Below, piece after piece: positions 57,198 through 64,000 of a stretch of DNA of 64,000 nt. Source of the DNA: an uncultured delta proteobacterium (GTDB taxonomy: Bacteria; Myxococcota; Myxococcia; Myxococcales; Myxococcaceae). Under the pieces are notes generated by a model. The model made no database searches. It was not told where the DNA came from and was given only the letters and a program-made list of their open reading frames with translations. The position numbers and the translations under genes were made by a program. The DNA lies in assembly GCA_963713045.1 (NCBI GenBank), contig CAVQKE010000006.1:1-64000 (forward strand). The letters are read 5' to 3'. Position 1 is the stretch's first letter. Every line of letters starts with the position of its first letter.

Positions 57198-59125
57198 CCC
57201 AAAAGCCGCGGCACGTCGAGGATGAAGACCGGTCGGCCGGTGCCGAGAATGGTGACCCCAGCCAGGCCGGGCACCTGGTCCAGGGGCCGGGAAAGCGCCT
57301 TCAGCACCACCTCCTCCTGCCCCACCAGGACATCCACCGCGAGGGCCACCGGCCCGGGCTCAGCCTCCATCACCACGTAGGGCCGCTCGCCGGCGGCCGC
57401 AGTGTCTGCAAAGCCCAACAGCCGCGCCAGCCCGTGCACCGGTACCAGCGCCTTGTCATGACGCAACAGCTGCGTCCCGGTGTTGGCGTCCACCGCAGGC
57501 GGCTCGGCTTGCACCGCGGCCAGCACCTTGGTGATGGGAAGCCCCAGCACCTCGCCACCGGCCTGCACCAACAGCAGCTGCAACACCGCAACTGTGAGGG
57601 GGAGGCGGAAGGTGATGCAGGTGCCCTGTCCCGCTTGGGAGGCAAGCTCCAGCGTCCCGCCCACCCGCTCCACCGCCCGCTTCACGGCGTCCATGCCCAC
57701 GCCGCGGCCGGAGATGTCACTCACATCGCGCGCCGTCGAGATGCCCGGGAGGCAGGCCAAGAGCAGCGCCTCGCTTCTCGGCAGGCGCGCCGCCGCCTCA
57801 GCGCTGAGGACGCCTCGCGCCACCGCGGAGGCGCACAGGGCCTCGGCGTCCATGCCCTTGCCGTCATCGGCGACGTCGATGTTGACGCGGTCGCGCACCC
57901 GCCGCACGGTGACACCCACCCGGCCCCGCGACGGCTTTCCGGCGGCAATGCGCTCCGCCGCGTCCTCAATTCCATGGTCGATGGCGTTGCGCAGCACATG
58001 CAGCAGCGGCTCGGCCAGCACGTCCAGAATCGCGCGGTCCAATTCAATGTCCGCGCCCTCCACCACCAAGTCCACCTCTCGGCTGCGGCGACGGGCGACG
58101 TCGCGGACGGCGCGCGGCAGCTGGTCGGTCAGCACCGCCACCGGCGTCATGCGGGCCCCCATCACCCGGCCGTGCATCTCCTTGGCCAGGCTGTGCAGCC
58201 GGTCGACGCCCTCTTCCAGCGCCGGACGCTGCGCTTCGCCCAGGCGCCTCCCCAACTCCCGCAACCGGGCAGTGGCCAGAAGCAGCTCTCCGGCCAATTC
58301 AAGAAAGTCATCCAACAGCTCGGTCCGCACCCGGACGCTGCGGGTGGCTTCCAACGGGGTCTCGGCCAAGGCGCCGGGACGCGACCGGTAGGGGGCCACC
58401 GACAGCACTTCGACGTCCGGCAGCCCCTCCAGCATCCGGCGCACGGCGGCCTCCCCGCCCTGCGCCTCCACGGCAATGGTGAAGCGCCCCTCCGGAAGGG
58501 CTCCGGCGCGCAGCTCCTCCAGCGGAGGCTGGACGTCGAGCAGCGTGCCGAGGGCGGCCAGCTTCCGGTAGACGAGGAAGGCCCGCGCCCCGGGGCTCGC
58601 CGAAGACGGCCGCACCTGCGCCTGGACGTCCAGGGCGCCCGGCCCGGGGACCGGCGGCAGCGGTGCCGGCGCCGAGTCGACGCTGGGCGGCATCAGGACC
58701 GCCCGGGCGACGCGGGTGGGCTTGGGCGGTTGGCCGGTCCGGACCCGCACCGCCTCCGCCAGCCGGCCCAGCAGCGCCGACGGCAGGGGGAGGGTCTCGC
58801 TGGCGCCGGCCGCCCGCACTTGGGCTTCCATGGTGTCGGTGGCTTCCAGCATCAAATCCACCAGGGACTGCTCCCAGCTGCCGGCGTCGCTGCGGAGCGC
58901 CTCCACCAAGTCCTCCACCCGGTGGGCCAGGGTGGCAATGGCCTCCAGCCCCATGGAGGCCGCCATGCCCTTCACCGAATGGGCGTGGCGGAACAGCGAG
59001 TCCACCGTCTCCGGGGCCACCTGACGCTCCAGCGCCACCAAGTCCCGGGACAGCGCCTCCAGGTGCTCGCCGGCCTCGGCCACGAAGAGGCCTAGGTAGC
59101 GGGACATGTCGACGTCGGCCGGCAC
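57194..59125 (-). CDS. cheA: Chemotaxis histidine kinase CheA (DifE-like)
   Basis: FRHAHSVKGMA, SVRVR, HVLRNAIDHGIE, DDGKG, SGRGVGMD, C-terminal CheW domain. Confidence 0.95.
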   Translation of the reverse strand: MPADVDMSRYLGLFVAEAGEHLEALSRDLVALERQVAPETVDSLFRHAHSVKGMAASMGLEAIATLAHRVEDLVEALRSDAGSWEQSLVDLMLEATDTMEAQVRAAGASETLPLPSALLGRLAEAVRVRTGQPPKPTRVARAVLMPPSVDSAPAPLPPVPGPGALDVQAQVRPSSASPGARAFLVYRKLAALGTLLDVQPPLEELRAGALPEGRFTIAVEAQGGEAAVRRMLEGLPDVEVLSVAPYRSRPGALAETPLEATRSVRVRTELLDDFLELAGELLLATARLRELGRRLGEAQRPALEEGVDRLHSLAKEMHGRVMGARMTPVAVLTDQLPRAVRDVARRRSREVDLVVEGADIELDRAILDVLAEPLLHVLRNAIDHGIEDAAERIAAGKPSRGRVGVTVRRVRDRVNIDVADDGKGMDAEALCASAVARGVLSAEAAARLPRSEALLLACLPGISTARDVSDISGRGVGMDAVKRAVERVGGTLELASQAGQGTCITFRLPLTVAVLQLLLVQAGGEVLGLPITKVLAAVQAEPPAVDANTGTQLLRHDKALVPVHGLARLLGFADTAAAGERPYVVMEAEPGPVALAVDVLVGQEEVVLKALSRPLDQVPGLAGVTILGTGRPVFILDVPRLLG

Positions 59126-59135
59126 GGTGCCTCTC

Positions 59136-59513
59136 CTAGCCCGCGACTTCCTCGCCCAGCACCTTGCGCACCACGCTGAGGACGTCCTCGGCGCGGAAGG
59201 GCTTCACCAGGAAGTCGGCGGCGCCGGCCTCCAGCGCCTCCAGGACGAGGGCTTCCTGGCCGAGCGCTGAACAGATGACGACCACGGCTGAAGCGTCCCC
59301 CCGGACAATTTCCCGCGTGGCCTCCACCCCATTCTTGTAGGGCATCACGATGTCCATGGTGGTGAGGTCCGGCTTCAACTCATGGTGCCGCTGGACCGCC
59401 TCCACCCCGTGGCTGGCCTCGCCCACCACCCGGTAGCCAGCCTCGACGAGAATTTCCCGCAGCATGTTTCGCATGAAGGACGCATCGTCGACGATGAGGA
59501 CTCGCTTCGCCAT
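59136..59513 (-). CDS. cheY: Single-domain response regulator CheY (DifD-like)
   Basis: VLIVDDASFMR, PDLTTMDIVMP, CSALGQ, FLVKPF. Confidence 0.93.
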   Translation of the reverse strand: MAKRVLIVDDASFMRNMLREILVEAGYRVVGEASHGVEAVQRHHELKPDLTTMDIVMPYKNGVEATREIVRGDASAVVVICSALGQEALVLEALEAGAADFLVKPFRAEDVLSVVRKVLGEEVAG

Positions 59514-59529
59514 GGCGCTCGGGCAAAGC

Positions 59530-59958
59530 CTACCTACCTCCGAATAGCCCAGTCACCCGGGCTTCAAGGGCGTCGACGTCGAGGAGCTGCACTTCGAGGT
59601 CCCCCAGCCGCGCTACACCCCGCACCAGGCCAGTGGCCGCGACCGGGCCGTCCACCAGGGTGAGTTCTTCAATGGCCTCCACGTCGGCCACGCCGAGGGC
59701 CAGGTCGCGGCGGCCCCGGTCGAGCAGCAGCAGCTTGGGCGCCGGCGCCGAGGCCTCGCCCAGCGCCAGGACGGGCCGCAAGTCGACCACCGCCACCACG
59801 CGGCCGCGCAAGTTGACGACGCCAGTCACTGCCGGCGCCGACCGAGGGACGCGGGTGAAGTGCTCCGGGGTCACCACCACCTCGCGCACCGCCGAGAGGG
59901 GCAGCGCGTAGCGGCCGGTCTCAACCCGGAAGACGACGTGCCGCGCGCTGTCAGCCAT
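59530..59958 (-). CDS. cheW: Coupling protein CheW (DifC-like)
   Basis: YALPLSAVREV, TRVP, GVVNLRGRVVAVVDL. Confidence 0.92.
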   Translation of the reverse strand: MADSARHVVFRVETGRYALPLSAVREVVVTPEHFTRVPRSAPAVTGVVNLRGRVVAVVDLRPVLALGEASAPAPKLLLLDRGRRDLALGVADVEAIEELTLVDGPVAATGLVRGVARLGDLEVQLLDVDALEARVTGLFGGR

Positions 59959-59963
59959 CGGGG

Positions 59964-61376
59964 CTAGGCGCCCAGCCGGAAGCGCCGGACGACACTCTGC
60001 AGCTCGAGCGAGAGGTTGTTCAGCTCCTGCGCGGCCGACGTCATGCGGGAGACGGCCGCCGTCTGCTCGCGGATGACGGCCTGGACGGCGGTGGTGGACC
60101 CGGCGTTGCCCTTGGCCACCTCGGAAATCTCCTGGATGGCTTTCACCATCTCCTCGCTGCCTTGGAGTTGCTCGCGCGCGCTCTCCGAGATGAGGTGCAC
60201 CTTGTCGGCACCCTTCCGGGTGGTGTCGGTGATGGAGCCCATCGAGCGGAGGATGCTGGTCAAGTCCTCGCGACCCTCGGTGAGCTCGGCGATGCCTTCG
60301 CGCATGGCGGTCACCACCGCGGCCGACTGCCGAGAGATGTCGCGCGCCAGCTTGGAGATTTGCTCTGCGCTGCGCCCGGCGCTGTCCGCCAGCTTGCGGA
60401 CTTCGTCGGCCACCACCGCAAAGCCGCGCCCGTATTCGCCGGCGCGGGCCGCCTCGATGGTGGCATTGAGGGCCAACAGGTTGGTCTGCTGCGCGACGTG
60501 GGTGATGGCATCGACGATTTTGGAAATCTCCTGCGTCTTCTCACCAAAGGCGAAGACTTCCTGGCTGGCCACCTCGATGCGGCTGAACACCTTATTCACC
60601 TTCTCGCCGGCCAGCCGCGCCGCCTTGCTTCCCTGCTCGGCGGCGCTGCTGCTGTCCCCGGCCGCGCGGGCCGCATCCTCGGCGCTGACGGCGGTGCGCT
60701 GGATGGAGCCCGCCATCCCGGTAATGACTTTGGAGGCCTGGCCCACCAAGTCCGACTGGGCCACCGCGCCCTGGGCGATGGTGAGGATGGAGTCGCCCAC
60801 CTCCTCGGTGGCGGCATTGACGTTTTCTGCCGAGCGCTCGAGGTCCGTGGCGGAGTCGGCGACGGACTGGGCGGTGTGCTGGATGTGGCCCACCAATTCC
60901 CTCAGGTTCTCCTGCATGTTGCGAATCGCGGTGGCCAACTCGTCAATCTCGTCCCGCCCCAAGCTGGCACGCGTTTCCAGCGGACTGGCCAAGTCCCCGC
61001 GTGAGATTTCCAGAGCGGAACGGCTGAGGACCCGGAGCCGCGCCACCCGCGCCAGCACCGCTGGCACCAGGAAGGCCAACCCCAACGTCACCACGGTCGC
61101 CACCAGGACTTGGACTTCCAGCGGGGCGGTCCGCACCACCCGCAGCGCAGCGAACAGGGCCGCCCCGAGGACCAGGTAGCCGAGGACAATTTTGTTTTGC
61201 AGGGGGAGGGTGAGGCCCCCCTGCCGCTCGTCCACCGCCCGAAGCACACGCTGCGCCGGCTCTCGACGCGGCAGCAGTGCCGCGGAGAATTCGTCCAGCA
61301 CCGGACGGCGCGGGGTGGCATTCCGGGAGGGAGGTTGGGCGATGGCCATGGCCCTAGCCGCTGCAGGGGTGGCCAT
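59964..61376 (-). CDS. Methyl-accepting chemotaxis protein without periplasmic domain (DifA-like)
   Basis: Two adjacent TMs, HAMP (ISRGDL...DEIDELA), [34 protein letters not shown]; start approximate. Confidence 0.93.
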   Translation of the reverse strand: MATPAAARAMAIAQPPSRNATPRRPVLDEFSAALLPRREPAQRVLRAVDERQGGLTLPLQNKIVLGYLVLGAALFAALRVVRTAPLEVQVLVATVVTLGLAFLVPAVLARVARLRVLSRSALEISRGDLASPLETRASLGRDEIDELATAIRNMQENLRELVGHIQHTAQSVADSATDLERSAENVNAATEEVGDSILTIAQGAVAQSDLVGQASKVITGMAGSIQRTAVSAEDAARAAGDSSSAAEQGSKAARLAGEKVNKVFSRIEVASQEVFAFGEKTQEISKIVDAITHVAQQTNLLALNATIEAARAGEYGRGFAVVADEVRKLADSAGRSAEQISKLARDISRQSAAVVTAMREGIAELTEGREDLTSILRSMGSITDTTRKGADKVHLISESAREQLQGSEEMVKAIQEISEVAKGNAGSTTAVQAVIREQTAAVSRMTSAAQELNNLSLELQSVVRRFRLGA

Positions 61377-61523
61377 TGTGGACTGAATTGGCGGACTTTT
61401 CACAGTTCAGCCCTTCCCCGGCGGCCTTGGGGAGGCACCCAGCCCGAGAGGGCCCCCACCGACACGCGCCGCCAGGGTGGGCCGAGAGAACACCTCCGCC
61501 CGGGCCCACCGCGAATTTCCGTC

Positions 61524-62495
61524 CTAGGGGACGAAGTGATTGAAGCCCCCGGCGTGCGGCCGCGACGCCCCTCCGGCCGCGTCCAGAAGCCGGAGGCCCC
61601 GGCCGCGCCGCAAGCGGCCGATGCGCGTCACCATTTCCCCAGCACGGAGGCAGGCGGCTTCGAAAGCCGCTGCACGCGACGCCGGGACGGCCAACAGCAA
61701 TTCATAGTCCTCTCCACCCCGCAGGGCCGTCGCCAGCGCACGCGCGGGCGAAAAGGCCTGGCGGACGTCGGCGTCCAAGGGAAGGCGGCCGGCTTCGACC
61801 TCCGCCCCGACGCCGGAGGCGGCCAATAGCCACCCCAAGTCCTGTGCCAGGCCGTCGGAGACGTCGATGGCTGCGCTGGCGTAGCGGGCCGCCAACAGCC
61901 CCAAGCGCACCCGCGGTTCTGGCCGGCGTTGGCGGCGCTCGGCCCGCGCCCAGCGCCGGGGCCGGCCGTGGGCCTGCAAGGACTGAAGGCCCAAGCGCGC
62001 TGCGCCCAGCGTGCCAGAAACGTACAGCAGCTGGCCCGGCCGCCCGCCCGAGCGCAGCAGCGGCCCGGCACCGGCCGCCCGCCCGGCGGCCGTGACGGTG
62101 AGTGACAATTCCCCGGCGCGGGTCACGTTTCCGCCCAACAAGGAGACACCGAAGCGCTTGGCCAGCGCGGCCATCCCCCGGCTGAGGGCGTGCACTTCCG
62201 GCAGGCGCAAGCGCGGCGCGGCCAGGGCGCACACAAACCACTCCGGCCTGGCCCCCATCGCCGCCAAGTCCGAGAGATTGACCGCGAGGGCCTTGTGGCC
62301 CACGTCTTCCAGGGGGCCGTCTGCGCGCCGAAAGTGGACGCCCTCCACCACGGCGTCGGTGGTGACGCACAACAGGCCGCCGCGCACCTTCCACACCGCA
62401 CAGTCGTCCCCTGGGCCGACCGCAGCGGCAGGCGGTGCAAAGGCGGCGAGGAAGGCCCGAATGGCAGCAAATTCGCTTAGGGGACCGCGCCTCAG
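61524..62495 (-). CDS. thiL: Thiamine-monophosphate kinase
   Basis: EFAAI, GPGDDCAV, TTD.VVEGVHF, AVNLSDLAAMG, IDVSDGL, GGEDYELL, GFNHF; start inferred (CTG). Confidence 0.92.
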   Translation of the reverse strand: MRRGPLSEFAAIRAFLAAFAPPAAAVGPGDDCAVWKVRGGLLCVTTDAVVEGVHFRRADGPLEDVGHKALAVNLSDLAAMGARPEWFVCALAAPRLRLPEVHALSRGMAALAKRFGVSLLGGNVTRAGELSLTVTAAGRAAGAGPLLRSGGRPGQLLYVSGTLGAARLGLQSLQAHGRPRRWARAERRQRRPEPRVRLGLLAARYASAAIDVSDGLAQDLGWLLAASGVGAEVEAGRLPLDADVRQAFSPARALATALRGGEDYELLLAVPASRAAAFEAACLRAGEMVTRIGRLRRGRGLRLLDAAGGASRPHAGGFNHFVP

Positions 62496-63979
62496 AAGCG
62501 TTCCTGCGCCGCGCCGCCTCCGTCGGAGACGGGCGGGGAAATGACGGAGCCAGGCGCCGGCGGTTTGGCCGGCAGCACCACCTCGAAGCGGGAGCCCCGC
62601 CCCACTTCGCTCGTCACTTTCACCACCCCCTGGTGGCCTTCGACGTAGCTTTTGACGATGGCCAACCCAAGCCCGGCGCCGCCGAATTCACGCGTCGAGC
62701 TGTTGTCCACTTGGTAGAAGCTTTGGAAAACCTTGTCCTGCTGGTCCGCGGGAATGCCCACCCCGGAGTCCTGCACCACCACCCGGTACCCGGCAATGCC
62801 ACCCAGTTCCGGCTGGGGTTGCACGTCGGTGAGGACCACCTGCACCCAGCCGCCTTTGGGGGTGAATTTCACCGCGTTGGACAACAGGTTGACCACCACC
62901 TGGCGCAGCTTCTCGCGGTCGGCGCGGGCCTCCACCGCCCGCGGCGGCATTTTGGTGTCCACCATCAGCCCCTTGCGCTGGGCTTGCGGCTTGACGCTGG
63001 ACAGCGCCGAGGTCACGACGTCGGACACCAGCACCCCATCAAAGGTGAGTCGCACCTTGCCGGCTTCAATCTGGCTGATGTCCAGAATGGAGGAGATGAG
63101 CTTCAACAGCGTGTCCCCTTTGTCCATGATGGTGCGCACGTAGTCGGTCTGCTCCGGGTTGAGGGGACCGACCAGCCCCTCGGACAGCATTTCCGAGTAG
63201 CCGATGATGGACGTCAGCGGCGTGCGCAACTCGTGGCTGACCGTGGCGAGAAAGCTGGACTTGAGGCGGTCCATCTCCTTCAGCCGAACGTTGAGGGCCT
63301 CCAGCTTTCTGTTTTGCCCCTCGAGGTCGCGGTTGCTCTCCAGCGTGGCTTCAATGTGCACCTGACTGGTGAGGTACGTCTTCTGCCCGGCGGCCACCAA
63401 GGCCTCGAGCAGCTGCGCGAAGTGCAGCATCACCTTGGCCACCGTCTGCTCGGGGGCCCGTCGGATTTTGGCCAAATGCCCTTGGGCCAGCGTGACGTCG
63501 ATGCCTGGCGTCAAGTCGGTGAGGCTGCTCGGCAAGTCGCCCAAGTCCTCCGGGGTGAAGGGGCCGAACACCACCCTGCCCAGCGCATCGCCCTCCCACA
63601 GAATGGGCAGCACCAGGTAGCGCAGCCCGGTGAAGCAGGGCACCGCCACCATCCCCCGCAGGGGAATGCCCGGCGGAACTTGGGCCGCTCGGGCATTCTG
63701 CACCGGGCCCACCGGCCCCTCCTTGACCCGCGCCACCGTGGCGGTGCAGCAGCGCCGCCCTTCGGCAAAGGAGAAGACGTAGCCGCAGAAGTCGCCGTTG
63801 CCGACCTTAATGTCGGCCAGGCGGTTGCCCTTCTCGTCGAAGACTTTGACGCCGACTTTGTACAGCTCGGCAAAGCCGCGGGCCAGCTCCCCAAACGTCT
63901 GCAGGTCGAGCAAGTCCCCCAGCGCCAGGCGGCGCTGCAACACCGACTCCGCTGGGCGAGGAGGACCTTCGGCGCTCAT
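62492..63979 (-). CDS. Cytoplasmic sensor histidine kinase with PocR-type ligand-binding domain
   Basis: LGDLLDL..., FCGYVF...RRCC, CFTGL...PI...G...G.VVFG; SHELRTPL, NLLSNAVKFT, DSGVGI, GAGLGL; no TM. Confidence 0.88.
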   Translation of the reverse strand: MSAEGPPRPAESVLQRRLALGDLLDLQTFGELARGFAELYKVGVKVFDEKGNRLADIKVGNGDFCGYVFSFAEGRRCCTATVARVKEGPVGPVQNARAAQVPPGIPLRGMVAVPCFTGLRYLVLPILWEGDALGRVVFGPFTPEDLGDLPSSLTDLTPGIDVTLAQGHLAKIRRAPEQTVAKVMLHFAQLLEALVAAGQKTYLTSQVHIEATLESNRDLEGQNRKLEALNVRLKEMDRLKSSFLATVSHELRTPLTSIIGYSEMLSEGLVGPLNPEQTDYVRTIMDKGDTLLKLISSILDISQIEAGKVRLTFDGVLVSDVVTSALSSVKPQAQRKGLMVDTKMPPRAVEARADREKLRQVVVNLLSNAVKFTPKGGWVQVVLTDVQPQPELGGIAGYRVVVQDSGVGIPADQQDKVFQSFYQVDNSSTREFGGAGLGLAIVKSYVEGHQGVVKVTSEVGRGSRFEVVLPAKPPAPGSVISPPVSDGGGAAQERF

Positions 63980-64000
63980 TGCTCGTCCTTCTGCAGTTGC

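Overview
The window has two very different parts. (1) About 1-7750 is error-rich and probably chimeric contig-end sequence. It has a poly-C low-complexity tip, a truncated serine resolvase and a TIR-domain gene fragment. It then continues into a Planctomycete-like block: a PSD1/cytochrome-c protein, an SRPBCC protein, and a B12-binding radical SAM gene split by an IS630 and an IS5-family element whose ends and target sites can be read directly. (2) About 7750-64000 is a gene-dense, very GC-rich chromosome segment of a Myxococcota-type bacterium. It begins with a cobalamin-riboswitch-controlled uptake operon (TonB-dependent receptor, Cys-rich/beta-propeller lipoprotein, BtuF/C/D-like ABC transporter, TonB), two cardiolipin synthases, an acyl-CoA dehydrogenase and an SDR. 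Next come a DUF4175 / TPR-metallopeptidase / MoxR / DUF58 / BatA-VWA operon, gshB, nagZ, a serine hydrolase, proS, an ABC exporter with an FG-GAP protein, thpR, hsp20, livKHMGF and a MATE pump. It ends in a long minus-strand run: PocR histidine kinase, thiL, Dif-type chemosensory genes (MCP, CheW, CheY, CheA, CheC), larB, larC, a small basic protein, grpE and dnaK. The best candidates for under-described biology are the riboswitch-controlled surface lipoprotein (a possible myxobacterial corrinoid-capture protein, rich in D[AG]G motifs), the tight coupling of larBC to the Dif-type pathway and DnaK, and the MoxR/VWA/peptidase/coiled-coil envelope module. No CRISPR array, tRNA or rRNA was seen. 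All calls come from motif recognition by eye; no searches were run.
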